A stretch of 64,000 nucleotides of DNA from the human T2T-CHM13v2.0 reference genome, Homo sapiens, in assembly GCF_009914755.1 (NCBI RefSeq), contig NC_060931.1, one strand, 5' to 3'. Positions 43,320-57,869 of this stretch are shown here, piece after piece. The notes beneath the pieces were generated by a model that worked only from the letters and a program-made list of their open reading frames with translations, was not told the DNA's origin and ran no database searches. Made by a program: the position numbers and the translations under genes. Within the stretch, counting starts at the first letter, position 1; every line of letters begins with the position of its first letter.

Positions 43320-43440
43320 AGCACTTTGCCAACAGCAATTTAACCATCCTCATTTTACAGATAAAAAGACTGAGGCACAAGTTTCAGATAACTTGCTCAG
43401 GGTCCCACAGTTAATCAGGGGCAGAATTGGGCTTGATTAT
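43320..43440 (-). mobile_element. MIR
   Basis: cctcattttacagataaaaagactgaggcaca...taacttgctcagggtcccacag. Confidence 0.8.
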
Positions 43441-44379
43441 CCTCTCCCGCTGTGTGCATTTACGCTGCACTAGACACCTTTGATTCTGCACTCCTGTGAC
43501 CAGGCAGTGACTGCGAGGATTGGTACCCCAGCGGGTTCAACAGGTAACTTCCTCCTTCCCCTTTTTAACATGAGGACATGGAAGCTCAGGAAGGAAAAAG
43601 GACTGGCTGGGGATGGCGCAGTCCAGTTCTAGAGCTGCTTCTCTTCCTGAGAATTGCTGTACTGTTGCCACATACACTGTCTTTCCTCCTGTTTCCTTGG
43701 CCACCCTTCCTACCCTTGCTCTGGAAGCCTCCTGTCCTGGCGGCCAGAGGTCTCCCCATCTGCGCTGTGTCCAGCTTTGCATTTTCCCTCGGGCTTGGCT
43801 GGAGGAGGCCAGATGTCGGAGTCACTGCACAGCCTCCTCCCTGGGGAAGCCTCATGGGGTTTCAGTGGGAGAAGGGAACGTGGGATTCCTCCTGTGCATC
43901 TCATCTTGGTACTGTGATGTCGGGCAGTCAGGGGCTTGCCTGAGGCTACAGGGCACGCTGAGGTATGAGGTCCAGGACCAAGTTTCCCACGTCTCATGGC
44001 CTACCTGGGTCTCTAGATCTGGGACAACGCTCGTGCTTATTCCTTTACAGTTAAGATGCCTGGCAGCTGCTCCCAGAGGCCCTGACAGAACTTTAAATTG
44101 GCTAATTATCCCACTCTCTGTCTTTGCTTTCTTATGGAAGAGCTGCAGCCCAGTAAAGCATCACTAAAATCCTCCATCAGATGGCTACTGGTTGGAGGTG
44201 ATCAGTGGGATTTGGAATATTTCCTGGCATTTTTCAGGTACTTCATAAATGACCTTTGATATGGAACAAATTCATATGTGAGATTTTTTAAAATGTGTGT
44301 TTAAAATGTATCAAATATGCCTAAATAATATGCAGACTCTGTCCAGGCATCACTGGATGCCACTTTTTTGTCACATTTG

Positions 44380-44800
44380 TTTCTAACCCTCTTTTTTTTT
44401 TTAATGAAATTGAAGTGTACAGATAGAAACAAACCTGCCCTCTCATTCATCCCATCCTGTCCCCTTTCCTTTCTGTTCAGAAGTAGCTGGTGCAGTGAAG
44501 TTGCTACATATATTCCTGCACTGATTTTCTTATTTTATTCATGAGCCTGTATCTGTAAGCAACACCTGTGTGTACATGTGTTTTCAAAGACTGACATTGA
44601 TAGAAGCAACATAATACCATATATATTCTTTTGCAACTTTTTTTTCCTGTTTATGTTTTTGAGATTCATCTGTATTGTCACAGGCATATTTGTTCATTAA
44701 TTTATAACTGCTGTCTATTATTCCATCTGATTAACACCACAATGTGTTTATCCACTCTCTTAATGGTCAATTGTTTCTAACTTTTTTCTATTGCAAACTC
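44380..44800 (-). mobile_element. L1ME-type 3' fragment
   Basis: ttatgtttttgagattcatctgtattg...tattccatctg...tttatccactctc. Confidence 0.6.
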
Positions 44801-45779
44801 TTAGGGCTTTAGGTCTTTGATAGATAGCATATAAATGGCATGCATTTTTTCACTTCAAAGTTAATAACCAACTGAGAAGGGACACAGAGTCCAAGATCAG
44901 CATCCTGGACTGGGAAGTGCAGCTAGATGGACAACACATTGCTGGTAGACCAGGGGCATTTCTGAACCTCAGCAGTCTGAGCAACTCAGAGCCCACCTGT
45001 AGGGGTACCTGCAAGGTTTCTGAAAGGAGGGCACAAATGCGCTCATTCTGTGGACTAGCCAACACCAAAGAGCTAATCAGAGGGGCTAAGCAGAGCTGGC
45101 TGTAGAGTTTCTTTGAATGCCTCCTCCCAGAGAGACATAACTGAAGATTGGAAGAGAAGCAAGAATTTCTGTCACTCCTGACCCTCCCATTCTAACCTCC
45201 TGTATATCCCAAACCAAAGCCCTTTTGCCCATTTGCATGCTAGCAAATGTAAGAACTCTGGTTCCCCTTCTCTTGGCCAAGACCTGATGCTATCAGACAT
45301 TCTTTTCATGCAGCTCGAATGTGCATGAAATACTATCATTTGGTTTGCATTTTTCTGATTTTTAATGAGATGGAACGTTCTTTTATACATTAATTGACCA
45401 TTCAGATTTTCTTCTTTTGCCACTTAATAGAGCATTCACAGTTGAGGACATTGAGACGTAGCAATATTAAGTGCTTGCCCAAGCTTACACCAATAAATAC
45501 GTTGGAATTTGCATCCATGCCTGTTAGCTGCACTGTCTTTGGCCCTTGTAATAGACAGGGTGTATGCTCAGCAGGCAGGTATGTATGGGTGCTGGGCCCA
45601 GAAGCTTGAGAAAGAAATATTGCATGTGGTTTGAAGAGGTTATTGTTGGTTATTGTAGATCCAAGTTGGTCTTGTCTTATGGTGCAAGGACCCTGAGCAC
45701 AGGATATTCATCACCTCATTCCACATTCCCTGGGGTATACAGGCTGTATTCCTAGTACCTTCCCTCTCTACCTGCCCAG

Positions 45780-46200
45780 TCTGATCCATTGTTGCACTTC
45801 TTCGTTGTAGTTCAGTTCGGCCAGTCTAGAATGTGGAGCATCCTTTGGACACCTCTCCATCCTCATCCTCTTGTCTATGTGGTCCTCTTCTCTTTTCTAC
45901 CTGTCCCAATCCTTCCCACCTGACTTATCATATTCCAAGTTCTCTGTCAGATACTTCCAGCCAGAAGTGACATCACTGCCTTTAAAACTCTCAATATGCA
46001 CGTAGCTCAGTTAGCGCTCAACATTTTCAGCCATTTTGTTAGTTTCTCTTCCATATATTTATGTCTCATCTCCCTAACCAGACTGAGCATTTGAGGTGAG
46101 TGACTCGTGTATTTCTTTATATCTCTCCTTGAGAACACAAGGAGAGATAATGTAGTAAGCCTATGCAATTGATCAAGAGTAGGATGGCTGGGTTGTTGAT
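45780..46200 (+). mobile_element. L2 fragment
   Basis: tgtctcatctccctaaccagactgagcatttgagg resembles the L2 3' region. Confidence 0.5.
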
Positions 46201-48256
46201 ACAATTTGTGGGGCCTGTTCTTAGTATTGTTGCCCCTGGTCCCATGTGTATGTAATCTCTAATCAGCAAGATGGATGTGTATCTTTCATATGTGAATTTG
46301 AAAATTTTTGTCAGTTGTGTAAGTATGAATCATCAATTATTCATTACACATTTTTAGCTGTTTAAAGAAGACATTGACAGAGGGAGTAGAGCAGAGAGTT
46401 AGACGTCTGGAATGGGTGGAGTGTGGTGTGCAGCTGTATGTGCCCTAGGTTCTGAACTGGAATCAGGACCTTGAAGGTCGCTTTCTGATCTCAGGCTTTG
46501 CATTTATTCACTTTCCACACAGCCTTCACACACCATCGGTCCCTTCTTTAAAGTCATTGCTTTAGTATCTATGCCTTCTATTCCCTTTGTGGATTACATG
46601 TGTAATTCAAATAATGATCCCTCTCAATAGAAAGGTTTACCTTTATTCCCCATTCTTAAGGGTTGGGTGCCTAATCCTTGAGCAGCTCTTTGTGAAGTGT
46701 TGAGCAATTGTTACTATAGCAAAGTTGTAGATACTATTTCTGTTTTCATAATATGTTGTGTAAGTTTGTTTTAGATCTTGTGTCTTTCCAACCATTTCTT
46801 TCTTGACTCAGTCAGTATTTCTTGAGCTTGTTCAACATTTTGCACTGGCCCAGTTACTGTAGCCATCATAGATGTGACTGAGAGATGGCTCTGGCCCTTT
46901 AGTTGCACTGAGTCTAGGTCACCACACTGTCTGCACACATAGGGGTTAAGAACCTCAGTGATAGATCATCTGTGTCCAAAAGGCTTGGCAGGCTCCAGGG
47001 GGTCCAGAGACTTAAAGAATTTCAAGGAAGGGAGGGATTGGTAGAGGCAGATAGGGGGTAGGGGCCCCTATCTGGGAAGGGGGCAGACGATATTTCAGTG
47101 TTTCCTTGGTTTCATGTTAGTCTTATTTTGTATCATTGCAGAATCCAATAATCTGAGAGTTAGAAAATATCAATGCAATATCTGTACTAATGGAAGAAAT
47201 AGCAAAATGGGAAGAAGAATATACTTTATGCTGAATAGTTGTAGTTGAGAAAGTTCTATGCTGAAGTTTCTTAGCTCATACTTTCTTTCTTCTCTATGTT
47301 TAAATTAACTCCATCTATGAAACCATTACAATTACTTGGAAAATTGTTCTGGGGTTTTCATGCCTCCCATTTGTCTGCTCATGAGTGGGCATGTGCATTC
47401 AGCCTGGAATTACTCTCTAGCTGCCGAAAGCCAGTGCACTTTGCAGCAGTGGGATTTCCTGGCACCTATTCCAGCAGCTCACAATCACAAGCTCCAGATT
47501 AGACATGTCATGGTGGTCCTTATTCAGGTAACAGGATTGTGAACATAGGCATCTCTTGTTTCTCACAGAAAGATGTGTTTGAGCTGGATTTGAGAAAAAT
47601 ATGTTTGCATTCCCAGGTAGGTAGGCATCCCGGTAGATGGTGAGGGTTGCTGCTGTTGCAGACAGGATAGAGTAGGAGGTAGTGTCTGAAAAATACTTCC
47701 TACCTTCTATAGTGGAAAGACATTCAAGACATTAAAATCAAGCTGCTTTCTGTAACATTTCAGAGCCTGGTCCTTCTCATGGTTATGAAGATTATAATCA
47801 CAGTTATGAAATTAAACAAGGCAAAGCTTCTTACAGATGGATGCCTAATTGGACTTAAGTTTACTAACATAAAATATATGTAGTGCAATATAAAGCTCCT
47901 TAAATGCTACTCATATAGGAGTGTGAATCCCAACTCTCTACCACTTACCATCATATAGAGCTTTAGTTTATGTATGCCACTTGATTTAAGCAGTATCATT
48001 TTATAGGTCTCATTTTTCATTTAAGAAGTGTTTTGTGTGTAAACTCTATTACCCACTCCTACTTAATTATTCAGAAATAGATTCAATATTTATTTTACAG
48101 TCCTTGCTGCCTATGTACATATGATATAAACATGTCTATAAGTATTGAGCATTATAAAGGTCTAACTATGAATAATTTTACTTTGCCATCAAGTTAATAT
48201 CTTTATAAAGCCTCTGCTATGCATGTAGTTATGACTAGCCTCTGCTAGTCATAACT

Positions 48257-48446
48257 CTGAGTAGTTGTAGTTGAGAAAGTTCTATGCTGATGTTCCTTAG
48301 CTCGTACTTTCTTTCTTCTCTATGTTTAAATTAACTCCATCTATGAAACCATTACAATTACTTGGAAAATTGTTCTGGGGTTTTCATGCCTCCCATTTGT
48401 CTGCTCATGAGTGGGCAGTGCATTCAGCCTGGAATTACTCTCTAGC
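48257..48446 (+). repeat. 190-bp direct copy of 47231-47421
   Basis: Manual alignment shows 4 substitutions and one 1-nt indel between the two copies. Confidence 0.95.
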
Positions 48447-50714
48447 CTCTGCTAGTCATAGTGGAAAAAAATATTCACAAACATAATTATTCTTCATTGT
48501 TTTGCTTCAGGTTTGAGGGTGTATCTCTCAGATCCTGTTTAACTGCTGTCTTTAAGACAGAGGCACTGTGGTAACTGTGAAAGCAAAGTGGATGAGTGAG
48601 AATGATTAGTGCATCAGCTTGGAGACCCTGTTTGTGGGGGTCAGGTCAGACGTGCACACCGTTGCTAATTTTCCTTACCAACCCCTGCTGTTATCTGTAT
48701 TCTCACCTTCCTGAAAAATGGTATAAGTAGTATTCATCTCTCTAGCCTCAGGACTGGAATGAATAAATGAACACATAGAGAATGTCTTCATTCTCACTCC
48801 CAATCCCAAGAAACCATGTTCTTTGGATCCAACAAATTTTTCCCTACTCCTGGCACACAATAGGGGCCTTGAGAATGAATTCTTTTCTCAAATGCCCAAC
48901 TGTTTCTCCAGGCTACACATCTAAATTCTATCCATGCAAAACTTGGAAGATTGTGAAGAATGATATTTCTGCCATAAGGTATTCTATGTAAAATGTAGGT
49001 GGTGATTTGCTAATAAGAAGTACTAATGCTTTAAACTTAGGTTGTCCCTAGTTAAGTTTCTTCTGGGAAAATGATAACTTTAGAAGAGGAGAAAAGTTTG
49101 TGTCATCTGATCGGAAAAAATGTGCATGGAAGTTCCTGCTGCTGGTTGCAGAGTAAATGATGTGCTCGGCATCTTACCTTTAGTTTCCATGTGGGACAAA
49201 GAGCACAGCCTGGCAAAAGGCCCATGGTGCTTGAGTTGGCAGGTGGGGAACCATCAGCTTGGTGGGTGCTTACAGTCAGAGCAGCAGCTTGGTATCTGAC
49301 CAGGTCAAGGGACAGGCAAATCTTTCACCTCACTCCTAGACATTTGGGTCAGCTGCCTGGGCCTGCTGACCACGCCAGTGGGGATCCAGCTATGGGTTGG
49401 TGAAATGAGCCTAAAAGAGGGTCACTGTGACCCAGAATGCCAGATTGGCCCTGATGACTGGGGATTAAAGCCTCATGTCAAAGCTAGAACCCACGGCTGG
49501 AGCCACGGCTGCAGCTTCCATCTGCTCCTTGGCAGCCTCTCTGTATCTCAGGAGGTGGAAGGCACTAGCACATTGTCCTGGAGGACTCTGAGCAGGAAGC
49601 TGCTTTTATGAGTGTACAGTGGCCATCCTGGGGCGCCAAACAGAGCCCTGTGTTGGAATGAGGGTCCTTAGGCAGTGTAGGGACTGGAGCCAGTGTAGGG
49701 AAGAGCTGGCCTGAATCCAGCTGGGTCTCTGTCAGATGTCCCTGGAGGACTCGTGTGGAGTTCAGTGGTGGCTTTTCCTCCCTGATGTAGTGAGGCTGCA
49801 TCTTCCTCAGCTGGCTGCTGAGTTCACGTGGGCATTGGGGTTTGTGTTTGTTTTATTTTGCTACTTTAACAACATTCCCTTCCTTACATGAGGGCTGTGC
49901 AAGGCCTAGGTTTGAGCTCAAGTGATGTCTTAATGGAGGGAAAGTGCCCATTTTCATCCAGGTTGGTATCAAAGATGGCTCCGCAGAGGAGGCCACGTTT
50001 GAGCTGGATCCATGACAGGTAGGAGCTTATCAAATGTGAGCCAGCGAGACAGGACAGCATTGAGGGGGCATAGGCCACTGCTTCACCAAACGAGGAGCAT
50101 GGCGGAGTGGGCTCAGGGGGTTGGCATGGCTGAAAAGGGCAGGGCATTATTTTCATCTGTTGAGTCTGGGCACACCTGCTTAGTTGGGTGAAGTCTGATC
50201 AGTGATCAGGGCCCAACACTGGCAAGTGGCCCAGTGGCCCAGCAGGTGGTCTGAGATGGTGAGGCAAGAAGGTTTTACTGGAAGGTGGGTTCATGGGTTA
50301 GGATTGGAACTGCCTCAGGCCTAGGACAGCCCGCCTGCAGGAGATGGGAACATAAACCAAGTGAAGGCAGGGTTCTTTTATGTGACCTGGATCCTGGGTA
50401 GGGGTCCCGGAATGTCCCTATCAGATGAGAAACTCTGACTTCAGGGCCGGTGACCAGCTTGAGGGCTTCTGCCCAGGCAGAACTAGCAGGGCACCTGGCT
50501 GGCATCTGAGGGACTCACACAGCTTTGCCACTTGCTGTCACCAGCCTCACTTCCTCTGGGAATTGAGGCAGGCCCAAACCTGGGATGGGAGTACATAGGA
50601 GCCCAGCATGGGTGCTGGTGAAGGCAGATGTAGGTGGTAGGAGGTGAGGCCTGATTGGCGATCCTAATTCTAAGCATCAACTCTGATTTTTTAGAAGTGA
50701 ACAAATCTCCAAAT

Positions 50715-51073
50715 ACAATCATGCATCACTAAATGACAGGGAAGCATTCTGAGAAATGCATTCTTAGGTGATTTTATCATTGTGTGAACATCATAAAGTG
50801 AACTTACACAAATCTAGATGGTGTAGCCTATTTATTACACACCTAGGTTATATGGTATATCCTATTACACACCTAGGTTATATGGTATAGCCTATTGCTC
50901 CCAAGCTGCAAACCTGCACAGCACATTACTGTCCTGAAAACTGTAAGCAGTTATAACACATGGTATTTTTGTATCTAAACATAGAAAAGATATGTAAAAA
51001 TAAGACATTGTAATCCATGGGACCACGTCGTATATGCAGTCCCTTTTTGACCCAGTTATGGGGCACATGAGTG
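50715..51073 (+). mobile_element. Tigger3a/MER7-like DNA transposon
   Basis: caatcatgcatcactaaatgacaggg...cattctgagaaatgca...gggcacatgagtg with degenerate inverted termini. Internal 30-bp tandem duplication at 50833-50892. Confidence 0.85.
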
Positions 51074-52819
51074 CGGCTGAATCAGGATTTCTAAATATTT
51101 AATGACAATATAACTGACAATCAAATTTTTTACAAAGCTACAAAACCTTTGAGAAAATAGCATGCTGGCCTGTGTGCATGCCTTTAAGCAGTATTCTGTG
51201 GCATGGATTCAATGAAATTTCAGCTCCAGTGGCAGTAAGAAGTGTTTTTTTTCCAGGCCAGTGATCTCTGCTCCATTTGCCAAGGTGTGCACCTTCATGC
51301 AGAAAGCTGCTGGACGAGGCTGATTCAGCGCCTGCTGCCTAAGGACCTGGAGCCTTTTTGACGTTGCAGTTGGACCTTTATCTCTGGTCCTGCTGTATTC
51401 CAGGGCCCTCCCCGGCGATATGACATAGGGTGTGCTCTGGCCTTCTTTTAAATTCCCAAATGGAAATGGTGCTTTTTATTCCCTCCCTGGTGTATGCCTA
51501 GGTGAGGAGTAGATGCCACGTTGTGCTGCTTCGTGAGGACAGACCTCACTATCTGACCCGCTTGCTCCTTGCTGACTATCCTGATCTCTATAGGGGGATG
51601 GTGCTCCCCTCCCCTGGGGCAGGGTGTTCTGGCTCTCCATCATGTAATCCACACCACCTGGGCTTGAGGGCTTATGCTCTGAGTCCTTCCAGCTGAAGGC
51701 TTCTGACATGCAATAAACCATGTCTCTTGCAACTCAAGGTCTTGGCTTTTAAAACTCAGAATTCTGTTCTCATTCTGCTTGCTATGTATATATCCCCCTT
51801 GAGACAAAAATGCTACAGACTGAATGAGGGAATTGGTAGGAGACAAGGAAATGAGACCCACAATGATGACAGCAACAATAAAGAGCACCACTGGTTATGG
51901 TAGCAAAAAAAAAAAAAAAAAAAAAACCTAATTGTGCCAACAACAACAAAAGAAACTCATCTCAAAAACAGGCCTTTATATTACTTCAAGATTGATTTTA
52001 ACTTCTAAGGCTACATTGCCAACCAGGTCAGTGTTTTGTCTCAGGCTACACTAAAGTTTTTCAAAGTTTCCTTTCTTTTTTACATTTTTTTGGCCAAGTA
52101 CACATACACACACTCCTTAGCCCTCACTCCCAGGCAGGTTGACTGTGGTCTAGTGCCTCAGAAAGAGACATGGTTAAACTCCAGTTGAGCTTTTGCTTCT
52201 CGTAATAGCCAGTCCACTCAGTGGAGATTTCAGTTTTTAGTGTTTGCATTGTATAGACAAAGGGAGCATCTGTGAGAGTTACTCATGTTCTTTACCTTAC
52301 AAGCGGTATTTGTATCATGGACGTGGGGCACACAACTCAACTGGGGTCTCCCTGCCCCTGGCAAAGCAGGAACTCAGCTTGATACGACCCATTTCCATGT
52401 CCCCCATTTCCATGGTCTTTCTAGTGAGTATCCCCACTTCCCAGTTTTGCTTCTGATGGCTGGGTCTGCATATGCTCTTCCTGCTTTGTCCTGGGTCAGC
52501 CAGATCAAAAATCACTCCATTGGTGGTAACCAGGAGATAAATCACCATGCCCTGTGTGAGTGACCATGGAGGGTCCCATTAGCCACGTACAGCTTTCTTG
52601 GGAATGGCTGGTATGCTTGATTTGGATAGCTCAAGAAGGCAGAGTATGAGCCCATGGCTGGAAAGTAGAGAGAGGCAAATGGAAGCTTGGTTTCTAACAG
52701 AGCATCGTGATGCTGGATAGTGGGCAGAATGACCTGGAGGAAATTGGAATCACCATGGACTCGCAGTCAGGAGCCCTCAGTGGAAGAGGACCTTGTGCTC
52801 ACAGGACAGACATGCCCAT

Positions 52820-52920
52820 GGCATGTTGCCTAACACCTCTGAGTCTCAGTTTCCTGTTAGTACAAAGGGTCAGTAATTTGAGTACGTGTATTTTAGCACT
52901 GCTGTAAAAGTTCAGTGAGG
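52820..52920 (+). mobile_element. MIR fragment
   Basis: Core cctctgagtctcagtttcctg. Confidence 0.65.
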
Positions 52921-53417
52921 GAATATTCATAGAGCTCCCGGCCCTTGGCCCCGCTTGGATGCCACCCTGTTTCTCCTCCTTCACCCCTTTCCCCTTTCCT
53001 ATTCCAGTGTCTTCGTAACTGGAAACACTGGGAGTGTTCCATGTGAGTCTGGGTGGTGACTTGACAGGGTTATAGACAAGGGATTCACCTACGTGGTGAG
53101 GGGATGGGCAAGAACTCAGCAGCAAGTTTTTATTTGTTTAATTTTTAAAGAGATGAAAAACATTTCTTCAAAAAAAAGTTTAATAAGAAACCCAATATGC
53201 AGACCACAAATTAAACAGTGGCTCTGGCTGGACAGGAGAGGGAACATCATAGCCCTGTGGCCCGTCCTGTGCGTTTGCACCTAAGACAACTCACCAAACA
53301 CCCAGCATACCTGTGTCCACACTCTGAAAACCACTGGGCTGGATCATTTTTTAAACATTCCTAAAACACTTAGGTGTCTTCGCAGAAAGTTTAGGAAAGA
53401 AAAGTATGACCCTGTAG

Positions 53418-53702
<285 letters not shown>

Positions 53703-53737
53703 TATGACCCTGTAGGATAAACATGACAGCAGGCTAA

Positions 53738-53899
<162 letters not shown>

Positions 53900-55689
53900 T
53901 GAGATCCCCGTTGGTGACGGGGTGCACCTCCCACCCTGATGCACAACCCATGTGCTGCTTCATGGTAGACGGGACACATACGGATACGTGAGTTTCATCC
54001 TATGTATCAATACACATGTGTACACACGTGTGTAATCTTTCAGCCACAGTGGTTCTGTAGCAAGGCCTTCTCTCTCTTACTGGCATCAGCACCATGTTTT
54101 ATGGATGTTAAGAAGTTCTTTGGGGAGAAATTCAATTTCCACCTTTGAGGAGAGTCACTTATTTTAATTTAACTTTGTTTGTTCTTGCAAAGCTGTTTCT
54201 ATCTTTCCAAGACACATTAAACACACTGGTTGGGCTCATTTACTTTTCATTACTAAGTGAATGAAACTTGGAACATAATTGAATATTTTTCATAAGCAAA
54301 TTAGGCAGGAAGAGAGTCCCTTCCTATTCCCAGTGAGAGCCCCTGGTAGATCAGAAGCCTTGCTTACTTTATGAAAATGAAGTGGCAGGATGTCCTTGAT
54401 CCTAATTTGTCATGGGAGAGTGTTTCCTCATCCTGACAAACGATGATTACTCTGTACCTGAGGTACTGAGGGCATTACACTATAAGACGGTTTTTGACAA
54501 GAGTGCATACCCAGGCTGGCTGGGCCTGAGAATTATGGCCCGGAGGGCAGTTTGACAAGAGGCTGAGCAGAGCTTGGGAAACAGCGGACAGAGGGGACAC
54601 AGCCGGAGTCTAAAAGGATCTGAGTGGCCTCGCTGACAGGAGCGACTGGGCTTTCTGGATGTTGCCCAGGGTATGCTGTGGGGACCCCTGGTTGAGAGCA
54701 TTCAGAGCTAACTTGTGATGCTGTCGGCCGTTCATGTGGGTTGCTGGACCGAGGCTTGATAGCTGTGTGGCATGGGTTTGGTATGTGGCAGGCATGTGTT
54801 GGTGGATGGTGACACAGGGGTGGTCATGGTGCTCAGACAATTCCCAGAGTCTGTCATGACAGTCGAAATTGTGCGGGCCATGAGGTTCCATGGGTACCTT
54901 CGACCACGTAGCTGTACATATCCAGATTTTACTACAACACATTGTAAAACTCTTGAGGTAAATAATTGGAAGAGGGAATGATGTTGCTGTTGAAGGATAG
55001 ACCTGAAAGAACAAGATGACTGTGTTAGGAATGTCATAATCATTGTAGCATAGTACATCCAGTCCTCCAAAGGCAAGTGGACAGTGTTAAAACAAAGATG
55101 TCACAGAGTGTACTTTATATAGGGTTGGCTGGTCTCTTGTGCATGTTAATTATGAAGAAATCCTGAGGTAGGATTCCATTAGACAAGAACGAGGGGGACT
55201 TTGAGCATGGAGTGTGTTTTTTTTTTAAAAAAAAAAATGATGTTGAGACACCAGCTGTGAGATGGAGGGAAATCAATACAGTTTACTCTACTAGTGTTAA
55301 TTACCACTAATTAACACTAATAAAGGGGGAAGAAGACTCTGGGATTGGGGAAGGAGAGGCAGATGGAGAATCTGGCAGAGTCTCGGTGTGGCTTTCAGCA
55401 CACCCGCTGAGGAGCCCGAGTGAGCGCCTCTGGTCTGCTGGGAGAGCTGAGGGCTGGCGCTCAGGCCATGTGCCCTGCATGTCGGGGGTACTGGACGACA
55501 ACAACTCTCACTGCGTCAAGGGGTTTAGTGAATGGCTTAAATATGGGTTGCTTAAATATTTGGCGTCTTAACTACCCAAGATATTCCATGTTTTTCCTGT
55601 AAATTTTGATTATAGACTAAGTCTTGGCATTAGATAGCCGGGAATCCTAGCTTGAGTGTTAACAATAGGTGAGAAGACAGGATTTCAAC

Positions 55690-55900
55690 CCCTGGATTTT
55701 TTTTTCTTGCTTTTAGAGAAATTTCAAACCTACAGAAAAGTTGAAATAACTGTCCAGTGAACAATTGTATACCTTTAGCTACACCTGTTGCTAACACGTT
55801 GCCGTATTTGCTTTGTCTCTTTCTTTGGCCCTCTGTCTTTGGTTCTCTCCTGCCCCATCTCTCTATATACATAACCCAACACCATCAATATATTTACTTA
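55690..55900 (-). mobile_element. L1M 3' end fragment
   Basis: aaatttcaaacctacagaaaagttgaaataa...taacacgttgccgtatttgctt. Confidence 0.65.
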
Positions 55901-57773
55901 TTTTTTCTTTCCCATAAGACACATGGCACAAATTCTATTGAGACTACCACCAACCTGAAACCTACTGAATAGTGTTCAAGATTTTTTTAGAGTTTTTCTT
56001 TTGCCCTTAGGATTTATCCTTCTTAGAGCATACAGTCAGAGAACTACATTGAGCAGTTACTTGAATTAATACTTAAAAGTGTGCAGAGATGTTAAATTTA
56101 CAAAGAAGTAATTTATTTCTGTGTTCAATTTTTTCATTTAAGATATAGTTATATTTTTGAGTAAAAAAATGTACAAAAACTAAACACTTTATAAATATTA
56201 TATACCCAGAGATTCACAGTTTGTTTTAATATTGCATTGATGGTTTTGGGAGACGGTTGTTGTCCTGATGGTAAACTTCTAAATGTTGACCCTTTAACTC
56301 TATATTTTGAGAGGCAGTATGGGATGGAATAAGGCAAGATTTTGTGGTGGCCCATTAGAGATTTTTAGAAGGGAGATGAATATGTTTTTTAAAGCTAGAT
56401 TTATATTACAGAAAGACTTCTATTATAAGGCTTGATGCAGTTATATCAAAACATCAACAACTTATTTTGGGGAGTATAACTGGAAATAAATTTAAATGTA
56501 TCTAATCATGCACATACAATTACATTTCTTTTATTCACCAGATAGAGCTTGGCTTTCAGCTGTCTCTAGTTATAGGGTATTCTGACCTTGACAGGGAAAA
56601 TGGGGTTTGAAATTCTTAGTAAAAGAGAGCTGCTTGAAAAATGAAAACAGTTTCTATGAAAAACAAATGCTCTATAATAACTGACTGAGATTAATGAATA
56701 ATTTACAGTAGTCCAACCCTGCCTCCCCACATAAACAATGTTCTTGTAAAAAAATTATATGTTTGATATATCACAGATTAGAGGACATCAGAAATGAATG
56801 CTTTATATGAAATTAAAAGCTTGGATAGACTTATCTTGGATGAAATATGAAGGTTTTAACTCTTGATCTCCGTAGACCAGCCTTTACTCCTCACTCTGGC
56901 ATGTCTTGACCTGTAGCATTAAATAGCTCTTTCTCCGACAGAAGGAAAATTACAGTTCAGTTGCTAGCTGCCAAAGTCACTTGCATCAAAGGAGCAGAAG
57001 TTGGAAACCAAGAATGCCTTGAATATAAATAAATGATCACAAATCAAATGTACTTTAATATATTCACTTTGTTGACTTGTGCAGATCAATCTCCCAGTGT
57101 TTTTCTTTTGATAAAATGGATGTTGCATGGCATTATTTGTTTTTAAATTCCCCCCCCCCCACAATGATACAAACAGTGAGTGTTATTTGACTTTCAACTA
57201 TTCAGCTTTTCTCTGGTGATAGGTGCACAGCACCCATTCCGATCAAACCCCTTAGTTTTAGACATGCTTGTCTGCATTAAGTAGGCACTAGGCTCCCCTT
57301 AGCGATCAGAAGACCTCCATTCTGCAAGTATACATGTCATCTTACTTTATGGATCCAAAGAAGAAAAATGATAAAAGTAGGACATTGGTGTTGAAATATG
57401 AGGACTTTGTCAGAATTAGCTGTGCTTCTCAAAGGTGGAATATGGTATCCAAGGGAGGATACGACATATGCCAAAAGCACAAAGCCACTGGATATAAAGG
57501 TTGTATATCTCCCTGAAGTATTACTGCCACCTGATGATTATTATTTGCAGCTTTATTTTTACAGGAAAACATTTTTTGGAGGAAAGTGAAAAACATTTAT
57601 GACACTTTAAAGATAAACACTGAGACGTCAAATTATTAAACATACATTCATGGGAAAATATGTAAGAAGCACTGACTGAGAATTAGGCAGAGTTTTGTTT
57701 GTTTTCCTATGTATTTCATAGAGTAGGATAAGATGGTAGTAAATGTCATGCAGTGGGTTAGACAAAACGGAAT

Positions 57774-57817
57774 GGTGTGTGTGTGTGTGTTTGTGTGTGT
57801 GTGTGCGTGTGTGTGTG
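57774..57817. repeat. (TG)n microsatellite, interrupted
   Basis: Directly visible in the sequence. Confidence 0.95.
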
Positions 57818-57869
57818 GTCATATCAAGATCCTCTCACAAAGAAAAGCCTGCTCCTATGTGGTCTCACC

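Noticed and set aside
43537-44167. Overlapping ORFs up to 184 aa in intron 2
   Set aside because: No recognisable domain, exon structure or processed-pseudogene hallmarks; consistent with chance in moderately GC-rich DNA.
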